Shown here piece by piece: positions 1-8,605 of a stretch of DNA of 49,580 bases. Position 1 is the stretch's first letter, and each line of letters opens with the position of its first letter. This DNA is from Rhodothermales bacterium (GTDB lineage: Bacteria; Bacteroidota; Rhodothermia; Rhodothermales; BA12). The stretch lies in NCBI GenBank assembly GCA_014879465.1, contig JACSSA010000095.1, positions 1 through 49,580 on the forward strand, written 5' to 3'. Below the pieces are notes generated by a model. That model saw only the letters and a program-made list of their open reading frames with translations. It did not search any database and was not told the DNA's origin. Position numbers and translations under genes: made by a program.

Positions 1-2
1 GC

Positions 3-965
3 AACCTCTATGTGATGAATCAAGGCGAGGCGACGGTCTCGGTGCTCGATCCCGAAACCGGGACGCTCACCAAGACGATCCGCCTGCCCGACCTCGGCTT
101 CTCGGCCACCGCCAAGCCGCATTTCGCCGTGTTCGATCCCGACGGATCGGCGTGGTACCTCAGCCTGATCGGCGAGAACAAGGTCGTCAAGTTCAACGCC
201 GAAGATGCGGTGGTGGGGCAGGTCACAACCAGCCAGCCGGGTATGCTCGCGTTGGGGAGCGGGGCCGCCGCCGGGCAACTGGCCGTCTCCCGAAGCCTCT
301 CGGCGGTGAACCCGCCCGCGAGCGTCGCCGTCGTCGACCGCGCGGCGATGCAGGTGCTTGAAGAGCGCCCCATTCCCGGCCCGCATCCGCACGCTCTCGG
401 AAGTGCCGACGGGCGGTTCTTCACGGCCAGCCTGCGCCAGAACGTGCTGGTGGCGCTTCGCCCCGACGGCACGAGCGCGACCACGTCGGTTGACGACGTC
501 GATCAGGGCTTTGCGCACCTCGCCGTCGCCCCCGACCACCAGCGCCTCGCCGTCTCTGCCGACCTCACCGGCCTCGTCCACATCTTCCGCATCCAAACCG
601 ATGGATCGCTTGCGTCCGAGGGCGCGGTCTCGACCGGTGGGCGACCGTGGCACAGCCACTTCTCGGAGGACGGTGCGAAGCTGTACGTCCCGCTCTACCA
701 AGCCAACGCCGTGGCCGTGGTGGACGTCGCCACCCGGACGGTCGTCAAAACCATCACGGGCAACGGCCTTGCCAACCCGTATACGGCGATGCTCAGCCCC
801 GACGGTGCGACGCTCTACGTCTCCAACGCCAACCTCAACGGCGCGTACACGGCCAGCACCAACGGCACGGTCGTGTGGATCGACACGGCCACGGACACGA
901 TTGCTCGCGTGGTCGAGGTGGGGCGCTCCCCCACGGGCCTTGCGATGATGGGGACGCACCATTGA
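3..965 (+). CDS. YVTN/YncE-type beta-propeller protein (5' end outside the window)
   Basis: Frame is open from the window edge; repeated propeller-blade motifs (LYVSN, VAVVDVAT, VVWIDTATD, EVGRSPTGL). Confidence 0.8.
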   Translation, partial: NLYVMNQGEATVSVLDPETGTLTKTIRLPDLGFSATAKPHFAVFDPDGSAWYLSLIGENKVVKFNAEDAVVGQVTTSQPGMLALGSGAAAGQLAVSRSLSAVNPPASVAVVDRAAMQVLEERPIPGPHPHALGSADGRFFTASLRQNVLVALRPDGTSATTSVDDVDQGFAHLAVAPDHQRLAVSADLTGLVHIFRIQTDGSLASEGAVSTGGRPWHSHFSEDGAKLYVPLYQANAVAVVDVATRTVVKTITGNGLANPYTAMLSPDGATLYVSNANLNGAYTASTNGTVVWIDTATDTIARVVEVGRSPTGLAMMGTHH

Positions 966-2983
966 TTCGCGCCGCCCTCGCCGCCGCCCTTGCGCTGCTG
1001 CCGCTTGCCGTGCACGCGCAGCCGTCGTTCCGACGCGAAGTCGATCCCTTCGCTGTGCTCGACAGCGTCGGAACGCGCTTCGCCCAGCCGTTTCTCGGCG
1101 GCTACGCTCGCCCACGCCCGCATCTCGTCGACCTCGACGGCGACCTGGACTTCGACCTCGTCGTGCAGGAGGCGACCGGGCGGGCCACGCGCTTCGAGAA
1201 CATGGGCGGCGGGGCCTTTGCGCACCGCACCGACCGCTTCCTCGACGGTCTCGGCGCGTTCGAGTGGCTTCGGTTCGTCCGATTCGACAACGACCCGTAC
1301 CCCGACCTGCTGCTCGAACAGCCGCTCGGCTATGTGCAGGCGTGGCGCGGAACGGCCACGGGCGCGTTCGAGCAGGTGGCCGACACCGTGCGCCTTGCCA
1401 CCGGACGCCCGGCGTTCGTGGACCGCCAGAACCTTCCCGCCGTGGCCGACCTTACCGGCGACGGACGCCTCGATATGCTGTACGCCGCCGTTGACGGCGG
1501 CCTCGTCTTTTTCGAGGGCACGACGCCCGAACCCAGCGGCGCGCCGCGCTTTCTCGCGCCCGTCGAGCCGTACCAAGGCATCCACATCGTCGGCGAGTTC
1601 GGCAAAGATGCGGGCACGCGCCACGGGGCCAGCGCCCTCGCGCTGCACGACGTGGACGGCGACGGCGACCTCGACTTGCTCTGGGGCGACTTCTTCAACG
1701 CCTCCTTCTACCTTGTCCGCAACGACGGCACGCCGCAAACGCCGAGGCTCGTGGTTTCCGGCAACCGTTTTCCCGCCGCGCTTCCGTTCGTCTCCTCCGG
1801 CTTCAACGCACCCGCGTTTGGCGACCTCTCGGGAGACGGACGCGCCGACCTCGTCGTGGGCGTGGTGGGCGGATCGTTCGGCCAGAACCGCACCGCCGAT
1901 CCGCCGCTGTTTCGCTTCGACGGACGCGCCGCGCCCGGCACGTTCGCCGCGCCCGTTCCGCTGCTCTCCACGCTCGATCTGGGAGACGGGGCCGTGCCTG
2001 CCGTCGCCGACTTCGACGACGATGGTGTCCCCGACCTGATCGCGGGTACGACCCAAGGACGGCTGCGTGCGTTCGTTAATATTGGCAACACGCTGCGCCC
2101 CGTCTGGCAGCCCGTCGCGCTCGATGTGCCGTTTGATCCGAACCGCTACGCCGCCGCGCCGACGATTGCCGATCTCGATGGCGATGGGCAGGCCGACCTC
2201 GTCGTGGGTGCGTTCGACGGCACGGCCCGCTGGCTCCGCCGCACCGGCGCGTTCCGGTTTGAAGACGGCGGCGTGCTCGTGCAGCCGCCTCGCGCCCAGC
2301 GTCTGCGCCCGGCTCTCGGCGATGTGGACGGCGACGGCGACCTCGACCTCGTGGCGGGCGACGCAGGAGGGCGGACGTTCGTCTACCGCAACACCGGTAC
2401 GCGTGCAGCCCCGGCCTTCGCGCTCGTCACCGAAACCCTCGTGCCGCGCTCGCTGCTTCGCTACGCACCCGCGCTGGCCGACGTCACCGGCGACGGACGC
2501 GTCGATCTTGCGCTGGGCGTGGAGGCCACCGGCGGCGTCCGCTTCTTCACGCTTCCGTCGATCGATCGCGCCGTGCCGCTCCCCGACACGCTGGAGGCGC
2601 TGCCCGGCGCGACGCCGGCGTTTTTCGACGCCGACGGCGACGGCGACCCCGACCTGCTCGTCGGGGCGGACGGCGGCGGGTTCGTGTTCTTTCGCAACGG
2701 CGGCGCGTCGAGCGGTGCGGCGGCAGTCGTGGCTGGGGTGCATCCGCAGCCCGCCCGCACGGTGGCGCACCTCGTGCTCGCGTTGGGCACGGCGCAGACG
2801 GTCGGGGCGGAGGCGTTCGACGTGCTGGGGCGGCGCGTGGCGCGCCTGAACGAAACGCCGCTGGACGGGGGTGCGCAGACGCTCGCGTTCGACGTGTCGG
2901 CGTGGCCACCGGGCGTCTACACCGTACGCGTCACGTCCGGCGGGCAGATCGTCGCCGCGGCACGCGTCGTCGTGGTGTGGTAA
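962..2983 (+). CDS. FG-GAP/VCBS repeat protein with signal peptide and type IX secretion C-terminal domain
   Basis: TTG start overlaps the upstream TGA (TTGA); signal peptide LIRAALAAALALLPLAVHA; many DxDGDGDxDL repeats; C-terminus HPQP...FDVLGRRV...PPGVYTVRV is typical of a T9SS type A CTD. Confidence 0.85.
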   Translation: MIRAALAAALALLPLAVHAQPSFRREVDPFAVLDSVGTRFAQPFLGGYARPRPHLVDLDGDLDFDLVVQEATGRATRFENMGGGAFAHRTDRFLDGLGAFEWLRFVRFDNDPYPDLLLEQPLGYVQAWRGTATGAFEQVADTVRLATGRPAFVDRQNLPAVADLTGDGRLDMLYAAVDGGLVFFEGTTPEPSGAPRFLAPVEPYQGIHIVGEFGKDAGTRHGASALALHDVDGDGDLDLLWGDFFNASFYLVRNDGTPQTPRLVVSGNRFPAALPFVSSGFNAPAFGDLSGDGRADLVVGVVGGSFGQNRTADPPLFRFDGRAAPGTFAAPVPLLSTLDLGDGAVPAVADFDDDGVPDLIAGTTQGRLRAFVNIGNTLRPVWQPVALDVPFDPNRYAAAPTIADLDGDGQADLVVGAFDGTARWLRRTGAFRFEDGGVLVQPPRAQRLRPALGDVDGDGDLDLVAGDAGGRTFVYRNTGTRAAPAFALVTETLVPRSLLRYAPALADVTGDGRVDLALGVEATGGVRFFTLPSIDRAVPLPDTLEALPGATPAFFDADGDGDPDLLVGADGGGFVFFRNGGASSGAAAVVAGVHPQPARTVAHLVLALGTAQTVGAEAFDVLGRRVARLNETPLDGGAQTLAFDVSAWPPGVYTVRVTSGGQIVAAARVVVVW

Positions 2984-3001
2984 CGGGCAATCCGGCGCAA
3001 C

Positions 3002-3030
3002 GTAGAGACGCCCCACTTGGGCGTCTCTAC
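3002..3030. repeat. GTAG-type REP-like palindrome
   Basis: GTAGAGACGCCC-CACTT-GGGCGTCTCTAC, a perfect 12-bp stem between convergent genes; second copy at 9888-9916. Confidence 0.75.
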
Positions 3031-3052
3031 CGTTCGTTGCCGCCCTTCTGGG

Positions 3053-4453
3053 TCAGAACCGCAGGCGGCGACGCAGCGCCGGGTCGGCGTAGAGGCCGGG
3101 GTAGGCGGCGCGGAAATCGTCGCGCAACGTCGGGTCAAGGCGGAAGGCGGTGTCGAGGGCGCGGACGGTGGCGTCGGTGTCGCCTGCCGCGTAAAACGCC
3201 TTGGCTTCGCGGAAATGTACGGCCGCGTTGTCCGGCGCGGCGCGGTGAGCGGCGCGGAAGGCGTCTACGGCCTCAGGGAAGCGTCCGGCCTCGAAGAGCG
3301 TGTCGGCGTAGTCGAGCCATCCGTCGCCGTTGTCCGGCTCCATCGTCACCACCTGCCGGTAGGCGTCAAGGGCGTCGGCGAGGCGTCCGGCGTTGTAGAG
3401 GCTGTCGGCGCGGGCGTAGTGGAATTCCGCGACCTCCGGGTGCAGGCCAAGCGCTGCGTCGAACGCTCGGATGGCGTCGTCGAATCGGCCTTCGGCGTCG
3501 AGGCAACAGCCAAGGCCGTAGTGGGCTTCGGCGTAGCCGCTGTCGAGCACCAGCGCGTGGCGGAAGGCCTCCATGGCCTCGCCGAGCCGCTGCTGCTCCT
3601 CGTAAGCAAGGCCGAGGTTGTAGTACGTCGCCGCGTCCGGGCCTTCGAGTTGCAGGACGCGCTCGTAGGCTTCCACGGCCTCGTCGAGCTGCCCAAGGTT
3701 AGCCAGGACGTTGCCTCGGTTGTAGTGCGCCGACGCGAACGTGTCGTCCACGGCGAGTGCAAGGTCGTAGGCGTTGAGGGCTTCGTCAAAGCGTTCGAGC
3801 CGAGTAAAGACGATGCCCTTGTTGTACCACGCATCCGCCGAATACGGCTCGTGGTCGAGGTGACGGTCGTAGGCGACGAGGCTGTCCTCGTCGCGGCCCA
3901 TCCGGTCGAGGCAGAAGCCAATTTCGTAGTAGACCTCCGGATGGTCGGGGTCGAGGTCGGCGCAGCGCTCAAACGCTTGAAGCGCCTCGTCGAGCCGGTC
4001 GGCGCGCTCGAACGTGAGGCCAAGGTTGAATAGGGCGTCTTCGTGTGTAGGTTCGAGCGCGAGGGCGTGCTCGAAGGCCTCCAGCGCCTCGTCGGTGCGG
4101 CCGAGCAGGTCGAGCGCCACGCCCCGGTTGACAATCACCTCCACGTCGTCGGGGAGGAGGGTGAGCGCCCAGTCGTAGGCCTCCAGCGCGTCGGTGTTGC
4201 GGTCGAGAGCGCCGAGCAGAATGCCGCGCCGCATCCACGCCTCGCCGTCGTGCGGGGCGCTTTCGAGCAGGCGGTCCACCACGGTCAGCGCATCGTCGTA
4301 GCGTTCTTGCTCGTAGTAAAACGAGGCAATCTCTTCGAGGTCGTGCGAGTCGAAGTACGTCGCCTCGCCGGACTCGTAGGCTGCCACGAGGTCGCGCAGG
4401 CGCTCGGCATCGGCGTCGTCGGTATCGTCGTAGTCAAAGTCGAACAGCCCCAT
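3053..4453 (-). CDS. Tetratricopeptide repeat protein
   Basis: Tandem TPR motifs (AWYNKG, AHYNRG, TYYNLG); likely start MGLFDFDY at 4453. Confidence 0.9.
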   Translation of the reverse strand: MGLFDFDYDDTDDADAERLRDLVAAYESGEATYFDSHDLEEIASFYYEQERYDDALTVVDRLLESAPHDGEAWMRRGILLGALDRNTDALEAYDWALTLLPDDVEVIVNRGVALDLLGRTDEALEAFEHALALEPTHEDALFNLGLTFERADRLDEALQAFERCADLDPDHPEVYYEIGFCLDRMGRDEDSLVAYDRHLDHEPYSADAWYNKGIVFTRLERFDEALNAYDLALAVDDTFASAHYNRGNVLANLGQLDEAVEAYERVLQLEGPDAATYYNLGLAYEEQQRLGEAMEAFRHALVLDSGYAEAHYGLGCCLDAEGRFDDAIRAFDAALGLHPEVAEFHYARADSLYNAGRLADALDAYRQVVTMEPDNGDGWLDYADTLFEAGRFPEAVDAFRAAHRAAPDNAAVHFREAKAFYAAGDTDATVRALDTAFRLDPTLRDDFRAAYPGLYADPALRRRLRF

Positions 4454-4505
4454 CGGCGTGCAGAAACCGTAAGGTGGTGGGAGAGATCGAGGGAAACGAT
4501 GCGGC

Positions 4506-4549
4506 GGCGAAAGGTTGCGAAGCGTGGGCGAAAGGTTGGCCAAAGGTAG
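4506..4549. promoter_or_regulatory. Phased direct repeats in a divergent promoter region
   Basis: GGCGAAAGGTTG at 4506-4517 and 4527-4538, plus GGCCAAAGGTAG at 4538-4549. Confidence 0.45.
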
Positions 4550-4664
4550 GTGGCGCACGCATCCGAAACAAGACCGTTCCACAAACCGGATGCATAACCT
4601 CTCCCCGATGAATCCGTCGGGGGTCTTAAGCCGTTTATTTTGAACGGTCCCCACGCCTTCTTCG

Positions 4665-5282
4665 ATGTCTTCCTCCGCCCCGCTTCGGCTTGTTCTGGCC
4701 GACGATCACGCTCTGTTTCGAAGCGGGCTTCGTTCTCTGCTTGAGCGTACCCGAACGCTCGCCGTGGTGGCCGAGGCATCCAGCGGACGGGAAGCGCTTG
4801 AAGCGGTGGCGCAGCACGCCCCAGACGGCCTGGTGTTGGATGTGCATATGAAGGATATGCTGGGTACGGCGGTGATGCAGCAGCTGCGTGAGCAAGACGT
4901 CCGGGTGCGCGTGCTCGTGCTCTCGGCGCACGCCGACGTGCCGTACGTCGAGCAGATGGCGCGGGCAGGAGCAAACGGCTACGTCACCAAAGATCGTTCG
5001 CCGCTCGATATCGCCGAAGCCGTTCGGCGCGTGGTGCAGGGCGAGGAAGTGTGGCTCGTGCCGCAGCCGCTGGCCTCGCCGCTGCTGGCGCTCCACGAAC
5101 GCGAGCGCCGCGTGCTGGTGCTGCTCGCCCAAGGCCTCTCCAACGATGCCATCGCCGCAGAGGCGGGCATGGCGGAGAACACCGTCCGCAACTACCTCAC
5201 CGTCATCTACGAGAAGCTGGGCGTGGAGGGTGCACGCGAGGCCATCGCGTGGGCGTGGCGCAACCGGGTGATGGAGCCGTAA
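4665..5282 (+). CDS. NarL/LuxR-family response regulator (REC + HTH)
   Basis: LADDH...LVLDVHM...LSAH...YVTKD receiver domain; ERERRVLVLLAQGLSNDAIA...TVRNYLTVIYEKLGV LuxR HTH. Confidence 0.93.
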   Translation: MSSSAPLRLVLADDHALFRSGLRSLLERTRTLAVVAEASSGREALEAVAQHAPDGLVLDVHMKDMLGTAVMQQLREQDVRVRVLVLSAHADVPYVEQMARAGANGYVTKDRSPLDIAEAVRRVVQGEEVWLVPQPLASPLLALHERERRVLVLLAQGLSNDAIAAEAGMAENTVRNYLTVIYEKLGVEGAREAIAWAWRNRVMEP

Positions 5283-5302
5283 CCGTTTGCCCATTCTGCC
5301 CT

Positions 5303-6427
5303 ATGCGTACGCTTACTGCTTGGATTCGCGGATTGGCCGTCGGGCTGGCCCTGCTGGCCGCCCAACCTGCTGCTACGCAGCCCACGCTTGCGCTACCGGA
5401 TTCCGCACGCCCCGACCCCGGCCAGGTCGGTTTCCGCGACTCGCTCCGTTACCACAATCCGACGCCGGGCAAGTGGGTGTTTATCTGGGTCGAACACCTC
5501 GGCAACGGGCAAGCGCGGATCGTGCGCCGGGTGGGCGATGCGCCGCCCGACACCTTTCCTACCACGACGACTGAACTGGCCTTGCTGCCCGACATCGCGA
5601 ACACGGATTCGATTGTGGTCACGCGGTTCGCGGTGGGCGTCAAGCACGGACGAGTCTTCTTCGGGGTGGAGCAGGCGTGGCCGCAGGTTCTGGCGGGCAC
5701 GTTTCTCCTGCTGCTGGTCGTCGGGGGCGGAGTGGTGCTGCGCCGCAGCCAACGCCGCGTCAAGGTTGCCGAAGCCCAGGTGGCGCAGCAGTTTCAGACG
5801 GCACTCCACGTTGAAAAAGGCCACGAGGCCGAGCGCGGCCGGCTCGCCCGCGACCTGCACGACGGACCGCTGCAAGACCTCGCCGCCGTGCGGATGCGGC
5901 TCTACTCGGCCCAGAACCTGCCGCCCGAAGTCGTCGAAACGCTCGACGAGGCGCTGGGCCACATCGCGCAGGTGCTGCGCGGCCTCACCGACGACTTGCG
6001 CACGCCCTTGCTGCACGAGGCCGGGTTGGCGACGGCGGTGGAGACGATGGCTCAGCGTCGGCATCCCGAACTGATCCTTGATCTTGGTTTCGACGATGCC
6101 GTCACGCCGCCCGATCCGCTGGGGGCAACGTGCTTCCGCATCGTGCAAGAAGCCCTTGCCAACGCCGTCCGCCATGGCGACGCCTCAAACGCCCACGTCA
6201 CGCTCGACCGCGTGAACGGCCGCTGGGATCTGGCGGTGAACGACGATGGGGGCGGCTTCGACCTTGGCGGTGATGCGCCCGACTTTGCGGCGCTGGAGAG
6301 CGAGAGCCACTTTGGCCTCGTGGGCATGCGCGAGCGCGTGCGCTTGCTTGGCGGCACGTTGGAGGTGACAAGCACGCCGGGGCAGGGCACGACGGTGCGG
6401 GCGACGCTGCCCGCCAACACGGCATAG
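5303..6427 (+). CDS. HisKA_3 (NarX/DesK-type) sensor histidine kinase with a small extracytoplasmic domain
   Basis: Signal peptide, about 95-aa outer domain, one TM; ERGRLARDLHD H-box, QEALANAVRH N-box, DDGGGF, HFGLVGMRER, GQGT. Confidence 0.92.
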   Translation: MRTLTAWIRGLAVGLALLAAQPAATQPTLALPDSARPDPGQVGFRDSLRYHNPTPGKWVFIWVEHLGNGQARIVRRVGDAPPDTFPTTTTELALLPDIANTDSIVVTRFAVGVKHGRVFFGVEQAWPQVLAGTFLLLLVVGGGVVLRRSQRRVKVAEAQVAQQFQTALHVEKGHEAERGRLARDLHDGPLQDLAAVRMRLYSAQNLPPEVVETLDEALGHIAQVLRGLTDDLRTPLLHEAGLATAVETMAQRRHPELILDLGFDDAVTPPDPLGATCFRIVQEALANAVRHGDASNAHVTLDRVNGRWDLAVNDDGGGFDLGGDAPDFAALESESHFGLVGMRERVRLLGGTLEVTSTPGQGTTVRATLPANTA

Positions 6428-6504
6428 CGCTTTTTTTTGCGCGGCGGTTCCGTAGCTCGCCGCCGCCCGGCACGTCAGGGGTGTCCACCTAACCTCCTGC
6501 TGCC

Positions 6505-6690
6505 ATGCGCACGCTTCTGCTGCTTCCGCTCCTGTCGCTCACCACCGCTGCCGCTGCCCCGCCCCCCGCGTCGCTCCCGGCGCTGACGCCTGAGGTGCAG
6601 GCCCTCGCCACCACCTCGGAGTTGCCCGAGGGCCCGTGCTGGAAGTATGTCTGCGAAGGGAGTGTCTGCGTTTGGGTCTTTCTGTGTTGA
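6505..6690 (+). CDS. Small secreted peptide (61 aa) with a Cys-rich C-terminal core
   Basis: Signal-like MRTLLLLPLLSLTTAAAA, Pro/Ala linker, core CWKYVCEGSVCVWVFLC; host-like codons; fills the gap between kinase and tmk; followed by a hairpin. Confidence 0.65.
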   Translation: MRTLLLLPLLSLTTAAAAPPPASLPALTPEVQALATTSELPEGPCWKYVCEGSVCVWVFLC

Positions 6691-6706
6691 GTGACACGAC
6701 GACGGA

Positions 6707-6750
6707 CGCGCACGCCCGACAGCATAGGCTGCCGGGCGTGCGCGCGTTTC
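6707..6750 (+). terminator. Probable intrinsic terminator after the small peptide gene
   Basis: CGCGCACGCCCGACAGC-ATAG-GCTGCCGGGCGTGCGCG followed by a short T run. Confidence 0.55.
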
Positions 6751-6789
6751 GTACCTTCGGATCCGCTTTTCCGTCTTCGCCCCCGCCCC

Positions 6790-7425
6790 ATGTTCATCTC
6801 GTTTGAAGGCCTCGACGGCAGCGGCAAGACAACCCAGATCGAACGTCTTCACGCGCGCCTCGAAGCCGCTGGGAAGACCGTGGTGCGCGTGCGCGAACCG
6901 GGCGGCACGGCGGTCTCGGAACGCATCCGCTCGCTGCTGCTCGACCCTGATGCGCCGATTGTCCCTCGGGCCGAGCTGCTGCTCTTCTCTGCGGCCCGCG
7001 CACAGGTGTGCGACGAGATCATCCGCCCGGCTCTACGCAGCGGCGACGTGGTGATTGCCGACCGCTTCTTCGACTCCACTACGGCGTACCAAGGTGGCGG
7101 ACGCGGCCTTGCCAATCCGGATTGGCTGGGCGACTTCCATCGCTTCGTCACCGATGGCCTCGTGCCCGACCTGACCGTCTACCTCCGCCTCGACCCGGAG
7201 ACGGCGCTGGCTCGCCGCCGTGCCCGTTCGGCCACGGACGACCGGATGGAGGCTTCAGGGCAGAAGTTCTTTGACCGCGTTGCAAAGGCGTACGACACAC
7301 TGGCAGCCAGCGAACCCGAACGGTTCGTGGTGCTCAACGCCGCGCTGCCCGTCGAGGTGCTGGCCGAGGCGATTTGGAGGGACGTGCGCCGCGTGGACGG
7401 AAACCTCGGCGGGGCACGTCGGTAG
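6790..7425 (+). CDS. tmk: Thymidylate kinase
   Basis: MFISFEGLDGSGKTTQ P-loop, REPGGT, ELLLFSAARAQ, DRFFDSTTAYQG. Confidence 0.96.
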   Translation: MFISFEGLDGSGKTTQIERLHARLEAAGKTVVRVREPGGTAVSERIRSLLLDPDAPIVPRAELLLFSAARAQVCDEIIRPALRSGDVVIADRFFDSTTAYQGGGRGLANPDWLGDFHRFVTDGLVPDLTVYLRLDPETALARRRARSATDDRMEASGQKFFDRVAKAYDTLAASEPERFVVLNAALPVEVLAEAIWRDVRRVDGNLGGARR

Positions 7426-7447
7426 TCCGTACGCAGTCTCCTTCCCG

Positions 7448-7930
7448 ATGGAACGCCCCTTCGTCGCCCACACCGAACAGGCCCGCGAGGTCTTTCGAAC
7501 CTTCTTGCGCGAGCGCGGGCAGCGCCAAACGCCCGAGCGCTTCGCGGTCTTGGAGGCGCTCTACCACACCGGCGACCATGTGGATGCCGACGCTCTCTAC
7601 CAGCATCTGCGCGACGAGGCGGATGCGTCGGTGAGCCGCGCCACGGTCTACAATACGCTCGACCTGCTCGTGGAAGCGGGCCTTGCCACGCGCCACCAGT
7701 TCGACGGCTCGCACGCCCGCTACGAACGCGCCTACGCCTACGCCCAGCACGACCACCTCATCTGCACCGACTGTGGGCACATCTACGAATTCTGCGACCC
7801 ACGCCTGCACGACACCCAGCAGATGATCGGCCAGATTCTCGGCTTTGCCGTGGCGCGCCATTCGCTTACCCTCTACGGCCAGTGCCGTCGTGACGCCTGC
7901 CCCAATCGCGCCGAATCCGACGACGCGTGA
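7448..7930 (+). CDS. fur: Fur-family transcriptional regulator
   Basis: TPERFAVL, VSRATVYNTLDLL, HDHLICTDCG and a C-terminal Cys pair; subfamily (Fur/PerR/Zur) not resolved. Confidence 0.88.
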   Translation: MERPFVAHTEQAREVFRTFLRERGQRQTPERFAVLEALYHTGDHVDADALYQHLRDEADASVSRATVYNTLDLLVEAGLATRHQFDGSHARYERAYAYAQHDHLICTDCGHIYEFCDPRLHDTQQMIGQILGFAVARHSLTLYGQCRRDACPNRAESDDA

Positions 7931-8027
7931 ATCTCTCCACGGTTGAGCCTTGACTTCGAGGTTTTCCACGTCGTTCTTTGTGTGTGGATAACCGTTTGGC
8001 TGTACCTTCCATCGTCCCGTCTTCCCG

Positions 8028-8438
8028 ATGCGTCGTTTCGTCCCGCTCGCTGTGCTGCTTGGCCTCGCCGCTCCGGCGTGGGCGCAGGACGGCGTGCGCC
8101 TCGGCACCTACCGGGCGCAGATGGAAGCCAGCGCGGCGCGCATCGAGTGGCAGATGGAAGCCGAGCCGGGCGTGGTCGCGTTTGACCTGCGCCGCCGCAC
8201 CGCCACCAGCAACGGCGCGTTCGTGACCGTGGCGACGCTGCGCCCGCACGGCGCGGCGCGGATGTACGAGTATGTGGACGCGTCGCTCTACAAGGGCAAC
8301 GAGATGGCCCTCGCCGAATACCAGGTCGAGGCGACATTTGCCGGAGGCGCACGGGTCGTGCTCTTCAGCGCACCCGTCAACTACACGACCACGAGCATCC
8401 GCCGCACCTGGGGCAGCATCAAGGCGATGTTCCAGTAA
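8028..8438 (+). CDS. Secreted hypothetical protein with an Ig-like module and a C-terminal TWGSIKAMFQ tail
   Basis: Signal peptide MRRFVPLAVLLGLAAPAWA; host-like codons; GTACCTT motif upstream. Confidence 0.75.
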   Translation: MRRFVPLAVLLGLAAPAWAQDGVRLGTYRAQMEASAARIEWQMEAEPGVVAFDLRRRTATSNGAFVTVATLRPHGAARMYEYVDASLYKGNEMALAEYQVEATFAGGARVVLFSAPVNYTTTSIRRTWGSIKAMFQ

Positions 8439-8463
8439 GGGCCGGCCCTCAACGTCGAATCGT

Positions 8464-8542
8464 GTCGTTGCGAGGAGCGAAGCGGCAACCTCGTCGTTTG
8501 AGCGCCTCAACGGCGAGACGGCTTCGCGCCGCCTGCCATGAC
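8464..8542. repeat. Degenerate RPE/REP-like palindromic element (GTCxTTGCGAG...ATGAC class)
   Basis: GTCGTTGCGAGGAGCGAAGCGGCAACCTC...GAGACGGCTTCGCGCCGCCTGCCATGAC with an internal hairpin. Confidence 0.55.
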
Positions 8543-8605
8543 GAACCCTGTTGAGGGTAGGCTCTAAGCGCTGCCGTACCTTGGCGCAGTCGATTTTTTC
8601 TGCCC

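Noticed and set aside
6431-6438. T8 tract as a phase-variation switch
   Set aside because: Short and intergenic; no evidence of length variation from a single sequence.
8440-8605. PyrR attenuator upstream of pyrR
   Set aside because: No recognisable PyrR binding loop; the structure is better explained by an RPE-like repeat.
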